A stretch of 64,000 bases of DNA from Cetorhinus maximus. Its lineage: Eukaryota. The translations under genes were made by a program, and so were the position numbers. Shown piece after piece: positions 13,361 through 25,989 of this stretch. The stretch lies in NCBI RefSeq assembly GCF_964194155.1, contig NC_135891.1, forward strand, positions 104,966,001 through 105,030,000, given 5' to 3'. The number at the start of each line of letters is the position of its first letter. The first letter of the stretch is position 1. The notes under the pieces were generated by a model. That model searched no databases, was not told the origin of the DNA, and worked only from the letters and a program-made list of their open reading frames with translations.

Positions 13361-13506
13361 CTTGAATACCTTCGATCAGTTTCACAGCATCTTCTGCAGA
13401 TAATCAAGATACCAGAAAGTAGGACTAAAGTCCCACCAATGAAGACAGACACAAGGACAAGCAGTAGGACATAACCATCCTGGACACTCGGATCTTTGGG
13501 AATAGC
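13361..13506 (-). CDS. CBARP: Internal coding exon of CBARP/BARP (CACN beta-subunit-associated regulatory protein), transmembrane segment
   Basis: Acceptor TTTTGCTTTGTTGCAG and donor AAG|GTAAGT flank a 146-nt open exon (phase 0 to phase 2): AIPKDPSVQDGYVLLLVLVSVFIGGTLVLLSGILIICRRCCETDRRYS(R). This matches from memory the BARP signature D(N/G)YVLL..xSxFxGGTLVxLSGxLxxC(K/R)RC. The next exon was not found, so it probably lies left of the window. Confidence 0.9.
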
Positions 13507-16500
13507 CTGCAACAAAGCAAAATGTTACAATCAATTAAAAATCTTTGCCAATAGTAAAATGATTTATTATTTTTAACAGTGAGCGCAAATAGCAAAATAA
13601 AAGGACGTACAACTTGACGCAAGTATTTGAACATTGGGGCATTAGAAATGGGGATAGTCAGAAACACCCGTCAGTTAGAGCATTACCTGGGCTAAAGAAG
13701 GAATTAACTTTCAGGGCAGACTAACATCCAATCTCTCTCAAGATGAATACAGTCTACTCCTAAGAATTCAAAGTTATTTTCTGAGCAAAAAAAGAATGAT
13801 CAAATCATTTGAATCAAACTGCATACATAACATATCAAAGCGGAAAGTTAGGACATAAAAGAAACTGAATCGTCACACAACTTGAAGTAAGAAGAGACCG
13901 TTGGAACTAGACTACCATTGGCATTAAGCCTTAAAAGCCAGGGCATGGTTACTTTAGCTATTTCATATTTATCAGTACCATAGAAAATATAGTTGATTTA
14001 ATCTTACAATACAAATACTATTCTTGGCTTGTCTGCTACTACTGAAAAATGTGTGACTGGGAGCTGGTGGGGAAAAAAACCAAAATGTCACAATTACAGC
14101 ATTGTTGAGTTTAACATACTTTCAGAATCAGAGCATAAATAGTGGTGTGACATTTAGTTAACACTCTGGTTCTTGATGTTACACAGTGGGATACTAGTGG
14201 ATGTACGCTAAAGTGTTTGTCTGAAATCCTCTTCAAATATGCATTTAGTGCCTTCACTAAAATAGCAACAAGAAAAGTTCAGTTAAGTGTATTGGTGTCT
14301 TTTCACCACAGAGTAATACCAGAGGCCATGTGTTAAAAAGAGTAGCCCAGAATAGCTAAACTTCAAAACTAGTGCCAGAATAACTCTGTTGAACCAACAC
14401 CTTCTTTTGCCCACCTTGGGATGTGATCTGATGCGAGAGTTTCTTGTAAGATGTAAGATTGTGGAATTGTCACTAAATTATTAATACAATTGCATGTGAA
14501 ACTAATAAATAATGAGTGAAAAACCCTTTAAATGAATCACGTGACTGTAGAAATGTATCATAAAGCTAGGGATGCAACAGGGAAAATAACTTAATTGAGT
14601 TATGTAACCCGCTTTTTAAGCTAAACAATTGGGCAGTTGAGCTACCATATTAAAGTTTGTGAGATTACAATGTAATGACGGAAGAGTTATTCATAATTTA
14701 TCCTGACAACATGGTTATTATAAACCATGATACATTTGGTTTGTCTATTCTTCTTGTACTTGACATTTACTAAAAGTGAATACAAAAAACAGAAGTAATG
14801 TGTTTCTTGTAGACTGAATTACAAGGGTTTCAGCATCTGGTATGATGAAACACTGGGAATCATTCACTGAAGTATATTTTTGGAAAAATATGTTTGGGTG
14901 GGGCACGGTGGGAAGGAGTGAATATTTGTACTCATAAAGTTGTGGGATGTCCTATTTTTTTGGATGATCGGTAAAGACTGCTGGTGAGAAAATGCGCCCA
15001 GAAATTGAGAATCAGCCTTCTCAGGTGGTAGCAATGTGTCATTAGTGGTGCCAATACTTGTGGAATACACTCTGGTCCTGGCCACAGTACAGACTAAAGT
15101 TGTACAAACAATCATTGGTCTGAAGCCCAAAGCCACCAACCAGCAGAACCTCAAACACCTCCCCCATTAGGAGGGACTCCATAGCAAATGATAATTGGAC
15201 TGTCCGAAATAAAATAGATGTCAATTCATAATTTTTAAAGCTTGGGCCAATAAAGAGATTGATGTCCTATAATGCACATTGATGTCGAAAGCTTCTAAGA
15301 AACTGCATAGTTCTACACAACAAACTTAAACATGTGTAAGCAGCGTAAGGCATCTTCCCCAGTGATCTTGTGTAATCTGGATTATACAGGACAGGTTTAC
15401 ATCAGCTGCAGAAGTAAACCCACATAAAGACCTGGAATCAGTCAAAAGCCAAATAATATTGGGTAGAAAAAAACTGAGGAGTAGCCTTTTTACATATTTT
15501 TCAAATTATAATATAAAGTTAATTTTGGTTAACAACAAAATGTAGTAAAATTGCTCATTGTTTTAAATGTTTGGATTATTGGAATCCTTGCAGAATTCCA
15601 CAGTTCTGTTAAAGCGTAAGCAAATCTAATTCATATATTTCAATCCTTGCGTCCACATCTTTACACAGAAATCATTTATAGATTCATAATTCTGCACCAA
15701 CTGACTAAATATTACATCATTACAATAAGGAAAACTTAAACATTATAATTAGTGATTAAGCATACTACAAGGAAACCCAGACCTTCAAACACAAGACAAG
15801 CTGAACACCTCCTCAAATTCCTTAAGGCTTCTTTTATGCTACTGGTTGAGCGCTGGAAGACGAGGTAATCAAGCAGAGACCTCCAAGTTGTGAGGTTGGC
15901 CTCCTAGTTACATCCTGGATTGTACAGCCTGTCCCGTAGGAGGCACTGTTCTGCATGTTTTCCAACAGTAGCTCAAGTGACTTGCAGAAAATTCGATCCT
16001 GAAGATCATTATTTCCATTTTCCCAGATAGCGGGCATTGGCATTCTTGCGCTTGACAGATCTACAGCAAAGCTGAACACTGGGGGACATCCTTACACAAG
16101 CTCAGCAGTTCCAGTACTGAGGGCATTGTTTTTAATGTCGCATAAATTACTTCCTCACTATATACAGTTAAGCTGGCTTTGTCTTGAGATGGGCATCACT
16201 TTTGTTTCAGAATGCTCCATGCCCCATAGACTTTCTACACATATATCTGGCCATATATGGTGAGCTGGCACCAGAATAAAATCACCATTAAAATGGGAGA
16301 TTGTCATAAACTTGTTTTCTGGGGAACCTGCCATCTTTACTCAGTACAGTGAGCTAAGTTTTCTAGCCCAAATTAGAGAGATTAAAACTGAACAGAAACA
16401 TAGAAGGTAGACTTGTGATAAAATAGGGCTTGAGGAATATGTATAGCTGGGAGCTAAACAAGAAGATTAAGAGAGCTAAAGAGGAAGCTATAAAAAGATA

Positions 16501-17017
16501 ATCGATAAGAAAATGAGTATTTTTAAAAGCATAAAGAATAATCAAAGCAATGTAGATAAAACCATGAAAGAAGTGAATAGCACTTTGGATTTTATTTTTT
16601 AAAAAGGAGTACAGTGCATGGGCAAGGAAGGAATGAAGAATTTGGCGAAGGCAAAAGTTAAGTCACAATTTACATCAGTGTGGTAGCACAGTGCTTATGT
16701 AACTGGGCTGGTAATCCAGACGTCTGGATTCATAATTTCAGAGAACTTGGCCAGAATATTTCCCTCGTTGGGCAGGTCAGCAACCAGGCCACCGCCCGCG
16801 ATCGGCTCCACACCGCGATTTTACGCGGGCGGACCAAATAAGGCCCGTCCCGCATAAGACGCGGAATGGGCGAGAAGGGACGGGCTGGGGCAGGTGCTCA
16901 ATGTCCGCCGGGTCCAATGGCTACCCTGGCAGCCAATTCAAATGCAGCCATGGCAGCCATTGGAAGGCTCCCAGTGAAGGACGTTGACCTCATGATGGAC
17001 AGAGTTGCAGGTGGACA

Positions 17018-18877
17018 TGGCAGGCGGGAGGGCAGGTCGGCGGGGCATTCGGCCCTGTGTTTCTCTGATGGGTGCCTCGCTGCCCTCCTGGAGGAGGTGG
17101 CAGCACGGAGAGAAATCCTTGTCTCCAGGGACGGGAGGAGGAGGAGGCCTCCCTACTTCAGCAGAAGAGCCTGGGAGGAGGTGCCATCCAGGGTCAGCAG
17201 CCATGATATGGTGAGACACACATGGGTGCAGTGCCAGAAGTGCTTCAATGATCTGCGATCGGGAAGGGTGAGTACCGTGTTGGCATGGGTCACTTAACAC
17301 AGTAGTTAATAGCTGGCCATACCCCACTTGGACTTCAGAGGTCTTAGAGTGTGAATGGCATATATCAATGAGGCAGCATCTGGGCAAGAGGGTGAGCTCT
17401 GGCAGCTTGGAATGAGTGTCTTGCAACTCCAGGGTCACGGATTGGCTGAGCCCTGTGAGGTTTTCCTCAGGTGGGGTTGGCCAGGCTGCAATGGCGCTCC
17501 AGGAACAGGGTGGACTAATCAATGCTCCTCTCTGCTTTCAGGAGAAAATATCCCATAATAATTCCAAGAGGTTGCGGACTGGTGGGGGACCACCCCAGCT
17601 ACTCACCCTCACTCAAAATGAGCAGGATGCCCTGGAACTGGAGACATGCCATGTGCCTAGGACAACCGGCTGCGGTAAGGCTGGGGTGCCACAGGGAGGT
17701 AAGATTGCAGTGCGCTGAGGTCAGAATGTCTGTAATTGCAACCATTCCACTGTAATCTCGATGTGAGCCTCGAACCTGGAATCCCCACTGATAATGGGAA
17801 GACGAGGGCCCCCTGAAGCATATCTGTCTCATCCGGGTGCCAGGCAGGCACATTAACAGTGCAATGACTTTAACTAATGACATGTCCTTGTTCTTCCTTT
17901 CAGGCTCACCAACAGCCCATCGGGGTGAGGAGCCTGAAGGTCCATCACTGACCCCAGAGGACCGCACCCATCACAACACGCCTGCGTCACACCCTCTCTG
18001 CCAAGCAGGCACCAGCGCAGATACCAGCACCTCAGTGGGCATTAGTTTGGCAGCTAGTATCTAGATGCACATTGGTGAAGGCACTTCACACTCGCTTGAG
18101 GCACAGGCAGAGGCAGAGAGTGCCCAGGGTGCCAGCAGTCAGAGGACTGCTGGGGACCAGAAAAATGCTCAGCCGATGGCTGATGATGGGCTTCTGGAGT
18201 TGTCCCTGAGGCAGCAGGTGCTGGAAGTCCATCAGGGTGTGCGGGAGGATCTGGTGGGGATAAATGAGGGAATGCATCCCATGGTGTCCGTTGTGGAGGA
18301 GTCCATGTGGAGCGTGAGCAATGCAATGACCCTCATGGCCGAGCGCACTGCCTTCTCCATGGAGAGAGTGGTGACTCTCATGGAGAGGCTGCTCCAGGAG
18401 CTGAATCAGGGATTCCTGGGGATGCGCTCGGACCTGCAAGCCCTCACACCGGCAATGACCTCAGGTGGTCACAGTCAGTGTGGAAGATGGATTGGGCACC
18501 CAGTATCCCAGCTCAGTGCCCATCCATCAATGACGAGCAGGGAGGTCCAAAGTGACCTCACATTAGCGCATGATCCGCCTGTCGTCTCTGCGGGCTCCTC
18601 TCAGGGTGCTCCGGATGATGGCAGCAGCTCCTCCACCCGTCTGCCAGTGACCGTGGCATCCGATAAGGCTGAAGCGACTGGGGAGATGCCAACCATGGCA
18701 TTGGCTGCTCCCTCCCAGGCAGGACCAGCACAGGCTCCACAGGCCAGAGGATGCCTGCCAAGGTCATCAAGGCCAACAGGACATCAGAGTGAGCAGGTTG
18801 CCTCCTTTGCCAGCAAGGTGGGAGCACCTAAACGTAGCCCCCGCAAGTTAAAGCACCTTAATCACAACATGGCCTGA
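17018..18877 (+). pseudogene. Harbinger Myb/SANT accessory gene, 3 exons
   Basis: Exon 1 encodes FSDGCLAALLEEV...RRAWEEV...TWVQCQKCFNDLRSGR, donor GTGAGT at 17268. Exon 2 is 17542-17698 (EKISHN...RTGGGPP), donor GTAAG. Exon 3 starts at 17904 after TTCCTTTCAG, has an in-frame TAG at 18062-18064, and continues as ORF 18065-18877. The start region is frameshifted, so the start coordinate is approximate. Confidence 0.85.
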
Positions 18878-19190
18878 TCACGGGTGATATTTGTTTCCCC
18901 CACTTTTACGTTAATTTTTCATTGGTGTGATGGATAACACCTCTCAATTTCATTTGTATAATGTATGCCAGGCACCATATCATTAAATATGCTTTTTTAC
19001 AACAAGCCTCTGGGTGCTTCATTTGTTCTACAGGTGCAGAGTATCCTATGATGTTATGAGTGACTTGTTTCTCATTAAACTTTATTGAAATGGCACATAG
19101 TGCACGATGTTCAATAAGCAAATGTTCCTGTCAGCTATCGAGTATGGAGCCTGCAGCCCTGGCATGTGGTGGTGGTTCTTATTTGGTAGG

Positions 19191-20414
19191 CTAGCTGAAG
19201 GGGCATTGGAACAAAGCATCCCGGGTGTCCCTGCCTCCCTGGAGGTTGCTCAGGTCAGCGTCCATACCCTCAGCGTTCTCCTGGCCGTGCACATCCTCGG
19301 ACTCATCGTCTTTTGCCTGAGCAGCTGCATCAAGATCTTCTTCCTCCCCTGGGGCCCCCCTTTCCAGTGCCAGATTGTGGGGCTTGCAACATACAACCAC
19401 TCTCAGTGACACACGATCTGGGGGGTATTGCAGTGCGGCCTCTGAACGGTCCAGGCATCGGAAGCGCATCTTAAGAAGACCTTTGGCTCCCTCTACCACC
19501 CCTCTTGTGGAGGTGTGGCTCCTGTTGTCCCACTGCTCAGCTTCTGTTCTTGGATGGTGGAGAGGCGTCATAAGCCACCTTTTGAGGGGATAGCCCTTGT
19601 CACCCAGCAGCCATCCATCCAGCCGGGCTGGAGCACTGAAGAGCCTCGGTACCTGGGAGTGTCTCAGGGTGTAAGCGTCAGGGGAGCTGCCTGGGTACCT
19701 TGCACAGACTTGTAGAATCAGCATCCTGTGGTCACACACTATCTGCACGTTCATGGAGTGGAAGCCCTTCCTGTTGACGAAGGCACCGGGCTCACCTGCT
19801 GGCGCCTTGATGGCCACATGTGTACAGTCTATAGCACCCTGGACACGGGGGAAGCCAGCAATGGCCGCGAAGCCTCTGGCTCGCTCAGCCTGGTCTGGCC
19901 TCGTCCGTATGGTAGTGAATGAAAGTCAATACACACCTGAACAGAGCGTCTGTCACCAGCCTGACACAACTGTGGACAGCTGTTTGGGAGACTCCACACA
20001 GATTCCCCACTGACCACTGGAAAGAGCCGGAGGCATAGAAATTGAGGGCCATTGTGACCTTCAGCGCCACTGGCATGGGGTGTCCACCCACACAGTCGGA
20101 ACTGATCTCAGGCCCAATACTCTGACAGATGGAGGTCACTGTCTCCCTTGAGAGGCAGAGCCTCCTTTGGCGTTGTACCTCAGACATATTGAGGTAGCTG
20201 CATCGCCGCCTGTAAACCCTGGCAACAGGATAGTGGTGTCTTCTGTGGCCCTTTCCGCCTTGGGCTTCCTGCTGGCCCTGAGCCCCTTGTGCCTGCGCTT
20301 CTCCTCCCACAGGTACCTCCCCTGGAGGCTGAATAGAGACATTGGCCTCCTTCCCGTTCTGGTCCTCTCTTCCTCCTCAGAAGAGGTGCCTCCAACAGGG
20401 ACCACAATCCCCAT
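19191..20414 (-). pseudogene. Harbinger (HARBI1-type, DDE_Tnp_4) transposase, frameshifted
   Basis: ORF pieces 20136-20414, 19885-20310 (ALKVTMALNFYASGSFQ, HTH region) and 19191-19817 carry [47 protein letters not shown] and HNLA. The D-D-E residues are identifiable. Confidence 0.92.
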
Positions 20415-21289
20415 CCCCAGGGAAAGGGAAGGTTGTCTGATATCTGGAAAGCCCTAAGTAGCATGTAGCCTCCAGAGTCCTGAACTGAAGCCCCTTATTT
20501 CTGTCAAAGCAGCTCTGAAGTGAAATAAAGTTAAACTGCTCACACAAGCAACCAGCAGCAGCAAGTTATAAGCTAAAGTACAAACTACTCACACGAACAA
20601 TCCCACTCATCACTCTTATCCCGCCCGTGGATGAGGTTTTTGAAAATGTGGCCTGCCCGTTGCGCCCGTGCGAAGGCCTGAAAATCGCACGGGCTATGTA
20701 AACTCCGAGGCAATTAGTGTCTCAAGGGCCTGAACCGGCCGCTTACTTAATGGTGGGCGCACCTCTGTCTGCATCACGTGCCCGCCTAGCGAAATATCGC
20801 GAGGGTGCGCATTAACGCAGGCACGCTCAGCCGACGTCAACGCGCTTTATTTCTTGCCCGGACATGTCGGGCGCGCACCCCCCACGCCGACCTAAAAATT
20901 CTGCCCCTTGAGTCCAAATCACATCATAGCCATTTGGGAATTTGAGTTTTAAAAAAATTGGAAATTAAAAAGCTGATATGAGATTGAGCAACCATGAAGC
21001 GCTCAGATTGTTGTAAGACAAAAATGTCTTAGTAAATGGCTCACTGCATCCTTCAAGGGAAGGAGACTGCTGTGGTTGCCCAGTCCAGCCTATATGTGAC
21101 TCCAATCCCAAACCATTGCAGTTGACTCTTAAGTGGCCTAGCAAGCCACTCAATTATTAAAAATGTATTAAATGATTATCAGCAGTTCAACTAAAGGCCC
21201 ACCACCACCTTCTCAGGGCAACTAGGGATGATTAGTAAATGCTGGTCTTGCCAGTGATGGCCGCGTCTCAGAATGATTTCTTCTTTGAA

Positions 21290-22520
21290 GGACAGCTTTG
21301 GGTGCCCCATTATAGAAAGGATATTAAAGTTATAGATACCATAAAATGAATATTCTTTAAGATTGCACTATTGGAAAATGGAAATAGAAAAATATTGTTA
21401 CGAAGAGAAACTTATTTACCGGTAATATTTTCTGTTGAAACAGTGAAGGTTAATGGAAGATTAAATGAAGGTTTTAAGATCGTGAAGAATTTTGGTAGGG
21501 TGAACAGTGAAAGATTATTCTGTCTGATTTAGAAGTCAGCGACAAGGAGACTTCAATGAAAATTCTCATGGGGCTGAATTTTACGCTTGGATTGGACGGG
21601 CACACGCCCGACCCGATTGGCTGTGAAATCACAAGAGATGACGTCGCGCGATATTTCGGTCGGCGGGCGCGCGCAATAGTCAGAAGCGCGTGTCTCCTGA
21701 CAATTAAGAGGGCAATTAAGCCCATTAACGGCGCAATTGTCTATCATTTTATGTAGCCCGTCCGGCCTTACAGTTGGCGGACGAGCGAATTGGCCAAGCG
21801 GCCTTTACATTTTTCATGAAAGTTCATCGAAGGGCGGGATGAGGTTTCCATTATTAAATAAAATAAAAATAGAAATCTGTGGACAGCATTTTTGTAATCC
21901 ATATGTTCAGGTGCCTGATTGTGACGCTTGGACATTTTTTTTCCTGGTTACAAAAACTTTATTTCCTGGGTTTCGGGTCTTCAGCTCCCTGAGGCAGCTC
22001 TCTGCCTTCAGTGAGCTTTCTCTCAGCGCTTGCCCGTGCCTGCATTGACGTCATCGCCTGCCCCCCCTCCCGCCCCCACCCCGGCAGCGCTAAGCTTTTC
22101 AGCGCCCACTTCACGTCGGCTGGCCATTAATTGGCCAGACAGCGTGAAATTGCAGTCGGGGGCCCATCGCCCAGTCGGCGGTCCGTTTCCTGACCACTCC
22201 CAGGCCCGCTGATCGTGCCCGCCCGCCAAGCTGAAAACTCAGACCATAAAGTGAGTGAGGAGAGCAGTTAGGGGAAATTTCATTACACGGAGAGTTGTGA
22301 GACAACAGCGCACTTTGCCTCAGGGAGTCGCTGAGGGAAATCATTGTATGTTTCAAGAGGAAAGTGGAAAAATATTTGAAGCAAAGTGGGTATACCAGGC
22401 CACGGGAAAGAGAAGACCAGTGTGATTAGTTTTGCATCATTTTAGCACAGATTTGGCGCAGTCATGAAGAACCGAAAGGCCTCCTTCTCTGCTAAAACTT
22501 CTATGGTTCGATATGATTGA
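21290..22520 (+). mobile_element. Old degenerate CR1 3' fragment, interrupted by a MITE
   Basis: Decayed CR1 3' motifs on both sides of 21571-22245 (...CCCATTATAGAAAGGATATT...; GGGGAAATTTCATTACACGGAGAGTTGTG...; AAAGGCCTCCTTCT...CTATGGTTC). Confidence 0.6.
21571..22245. mobile_element. Non-autonomous Harbinger-type MITE (about 675 bp)
   Basis: TIRs GGGCTGAATTTT and reverse complement GGTCTGAGTTTT; flanks ATG/ATA (imperfect 3-bp TSD); CpG-rich subterminal motifs; no credible ORF. Confidence 0.8.
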
Positions 22521-22857
22521 ATTATGTGAAAGGCAATATTAAACTTAATGACCCTTAATTGATGAACAGTCAGTATTCCTTTTTTGCCTCTGAATATCAG
22601 TTAAAAATACATAGAACCCCTTCATATAGTTTTAGTCTTTTCATAAAGCTCCTCTTTCTTCAGTCATGTAATAAAAAATGTACAGTGGCAAGATCAGTCA
22701 TCTGTTTTTGGCAATCCATGAAAACATACTCTGTTAAAAGAGAACCAAATTGTTCACAAAAGAAATTCCAATAACATGTGTGAAAAGTTTTAGAAAGCTG
22801 AATACTGAGATTCTTAAAACAAGCAACTTTTGACCTTTAAACCAGATACTGTCTTAC

Positions 22858-22894
22858 ATAAGTAGTATTATGGGCAGTGACATTGGTTGACGAG
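22858..22894 (-). CDS. Candidate 37-nt CBARP micro-exon (SSTNVTAHNTTY), speculative
   Basis: AG acceptor and TAT|GTAAGA donor. Its phases (2 to 0) would join the 36022 donor to the 13506 exon and add N-glycosylation sequons. Other phase-compatible candidates exist. Confidence 0.25.
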
Positions 22895-23714
22895 CTAAAC
22901 CACAAGCAATAAAAGTTTTAATGTCCTCAAGGGAAACTGTCCTGTAAACTGTAACACAGGGATTCATTCAGGGTTAGTACTTTCATGTTTAACTCATTAA
23001 AATTGAAGTTGAAGGGAAATTATTTCTATACATCTGTAGACCTCAGTTTTGTTTTTGTTCTTCAACTTCATCTTCTCAAGAACTCTGGTTCTAATCTCTT
23101 GTGCAATTTGCACTCACCTCCTCAACTTCAGTTTTTAACCTTGGATATAATTATTAACAGCTATCAGGAAGAGATGAATTTGCCCAAAGGCTTCCACAGT
23201 TAACCTCCCTGCTACTGTTGATGTGCCTGCTACATTATAAGCTAGTGCTGCCTTTAACTCCTGATCCTTCCACTCGACCCTTCCAATGTGCTGCTGTAGA
23301 CCCTTCAAAACCAGCTGGACTGGCCAGCCCCTGCATTGGCACCTGCCTTTAAGGAATGTATTTCACACTGGCAACTCATTGAATTAATACCACATAGAGT
23401 GGCATGGGCCCCACACTAAATCTATTGACTGAGCATAGCACACTCCCTGACAACCACATGCCCAATTTATGATGGAATCGATAATTTCCCCCGGTACTTT
23501 TCACACCTAAAAGTTAAACCTAATTGTTGGTTGGCAGATCGATAGGGTAAAAATGCTTCTTAACTAAATTATATAATATTTTATGATTTTAAAAAAAATC
23601 TTAATTCTACCATCCTATACAACCCACAAAGACATAGCATTAGAAAATGAAACATGCCTTATTACTTTGAAATGAAAAACATTTTAGCGTTACAAGGACC
23701 ATAAGGATAAGATA

Positions 23715-23915
23715 AGATAATAAATCCTATAAGGAATTCAGAAGAAATCTCTTTATCCAAAGAGTGGGACTCACCACCACAAGGAGCAGTTGAGGCGAAT
23801 AGAATAGATACGTTTAAAGGGAAGCTAGGTCAACACATGAGGGAAAATAGAATAGAGGCTATGGTGACAGAGGTGGATAAGAGGAATGGGAGGAGGCTCA
23901 TATGGAGCATAAATT
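23715..23915 (+). mobile_element. CR1 3' fragment
   Basis: GGAATTCAGAAGAAATCTCTTTATCCAAAGAGTG...GAAGCTAG...GGAGGAGGCTCATATGGAGCATAAA; similar to 55885-56154. Confidence 0.65.
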
Positions 23916-24333
23916 GTTAAATTCTATATATTAATATTCTATCCATTCACAGTGTGTTTTAAAAGACACTAGAGTCTCTTATATTTTAAAGTTAACCTTT
24001 ATTGTTAACGATATAAAAATACAAGAATGTAGTAAGCTAGAGTGCAGTTACACAATCACTTTCATGTCAAAAGTAATTAGGTGTCATAACTCAGGTGTCA
24101 GGTCCCAATCTGGCTTCCAAATGGATTAAAGCAAAGCAATGAAAGATCATTCCAATCAGTCACCTTGCATTACTTCATATTTGCATCACTTATGTTTTGA
24201 CAACAGCCCAATGCTAAGTCACATTTTCAGAGTGATCTAAATGGTCCATTGAACTTCCTGGGCACTTTTAAGTTTTCTATAGAATGTATTTAATGTGAAG
24301 ATAAAACACTTAGACCTGCCTATTAAATGTTCA

Positions 24334-24682
24334 TTTTTTTAAGTCTTTCAAGGGATGTGGGTGTTGCTGGCTAGGCCAGCATTTATTGCCCATCTCTAAT
24401 GGCCCCTTGAGAAGTGGTGGTGAGCTGCCTTCTTGAACCGCTGCAGCCCATGTGATATAGGTACACCCACAGTGCTATTAGGGAGGGAGTTCCGGAATTT
24501 TGACCCAGCAACAGTGAACGGACAGCGATATATTTCCAAGTCTAGATGGTGTGTGGCTTGGAGGGGAGCCTGCAGGTGGTGATGTTTCCATGCACCTGCT
24601 GCCCTTGTTCTTCTAGGCGGTAGAGGTCATGGACTTGGAAGGTGCTGTCGAAGGAGCCTTGGTGATTTGTTGCAGTACATCA
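24334..24682 (-). mobile_element. LINE 3' fragment (ORF2 C-terminus plus tail shared with the SINE)
   Basis: Minus strand reads ...TGCAGCGGTTCAAGAAGGCAGCTCACCACCACTTCTCAAGGGGCCATTAGAGATGGGCAATAAATGCTGGCC...CACATCCC then an A-rich end. Confidence 0.75.
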
Positions 24683-25171
24683 GGAGCCAGGTGAGCACAG
24701 CTCACACATCTTTGCGCCAGTCAGTCTGAGACCAACCTGCAACATAGTAACAGTCGACCTTTCGGGGTCACAGCCATCAAACACCAGTTTCAGATAGTTG
24801 CATAAGAACTGAGGGATTAAATTCTTATTTTATCCATCAGATGTTGTCGGGCCTCCGTTACAAAGATTGCTGAACATGTGCCATTTTACTATTTCACCAC
24901 TAACTTCCAAAACTGATTTTGTGTGGGTTTTCCTATTTTAATCAAACAATGAATAGGGTGGTAGACTGAATCAAGTCAAGAGATTGAAGATAAATTGGAA
25001 GAGGCTTACAGGCATTGGGATGTAGGTAGGCAATGTTCTGTAAGTAATCTAAATTGGATTATTCAGCTTTGCAATTGGTGATTAAAATCATTCCTTTTGC
25101 TTTCTGGTTGTCAAATATTTATTTACTTTATGCAAGTGAGTGTTAATTTATTGGGAATTGTGGAAAATGCT

Positions 25172-25335
25172 GGGGTAAATTTTCATTTTCATTAAGTGGG
25201 GGTGGGGGGGGGGTGGTAACCTGGTGGACAATTTGCCTTTTATAGCACCCATCTGATTTTCATTTAATGGGGTGAAAATTGGGTGAGGTGGCTAATGGAT
25301 AGATGATCCGCTCCACCAGATACCCCATAAATTTT
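25172..25335. mobile_element. Degenerate palindromic MITE with a Harbinger-like terminus
   Basis: Starts GGGGTAAATTTT; internal imperfect dyad GGTAACCTGGTGGA...GATTTTCA / TGAAAATT...TCCACCAGATACC. Confidence 0.5.
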
Positions 25336-25989
25336 TAATTTTATTAATTTAGAGTTTCATTAATTGTTTTCTTTAAATGAATGCAGTATATAGTTCAAAG
25401 GTGCATGCAAAGCCAGAAAGCAACAGGATGCAAATTCAAACTTAAGTCAGTTAGTTACCAGTCCTGGTCAAGTAGTCAAAGCGCTTCCCCAAATAAGTAA
25501 AGTAAGAAGCAATGAAATATACACGCCATGATAATTTTTAAAAAAAAATCTAGATTCAGCTTGGAGCAGTCCTTTGAATTCAACCACAAAACTATGAAAG
25601 TTCAAACAAAACAGTTAATTCATGTTCCCAGCCTAACCCAGTACCAAATTTGCAAAGGTATGTTCAGCTTGGTCTCTGAAGAGGTAGAGGAGCCAAGCTA
25701 CGTTCAAACAAAAACATATGAGTAATGTTCAGTTATAAGTATGACTGGCATTAACTTTTCAATTCAACTGATTCTGATGATCATTGGTCACATTGATCAT
25801 TATTTAGGGCAATTCAAATCAGTGAGCTTCGAACTTTCACAAAGATGGCTCAGGCCAATAACCCCTGCAGTCGATAAGGCTATAAAAAAAAAGCATTAGC
25901 TGTGTTTATAAAGGCTACCTACAACACAGTAGCTTAGCATAAGGGCAGTGAACATCATCAGAGATAGGAAAGCATAATAGGGCACAATT

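Larger units (their letters stand above)
16749..20906. mobile_element. Full-length PIF/Harbinger DNA transposon (about 4.16 kb), non-functional
   Basis: Left TIR GGCCAGAATATT; right TIR reverse complement GGGCAGAATTTT; 3-bp TSD CTT at 16746-16748 and 20907-20909. It contains a convergent Myb/SANT gene (+) and DDE transposase (-). Confidence 0.92.
16678..21276 (+). mobile_element. tRNA-headed SINE split into 16678-16748 and 20907-21276 by the Harbinger insertion
   Basis: Removing 16749-20906 and one CTT restores ...CAGAGAACTTGAGTCCAAATCAC... (B-box region). The body (GGGAAGGA...TATATGTGACTCCA) and tail (GGGCAACTAGGGATG...AAATGCTGG) match 60297-60650. Confidence 0.8.

Noticed and set aside
13687-13780. 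Exon-like segment with good acceptor and CAG|GTAATG donor just upstream of the CBARP exon
   Set aside because: It has a stop in the frame needed to join the phase-0 exon; at most a non-coding or cryptic exon.
14415-14472. Alternative phase-compatible CBARP exon (DNSTILHLTRNSRIRSHPK)
   Set aside because: The acceptor lacks a polypyrimidine tract; it shows how easily chance candidates arise.
19191-20414. Domesticated host HARBI1 gene
   Set aside because: It is frameshifted and enclosed by TIRs and a TSD with a Myb partner, so it is a transposon copy.
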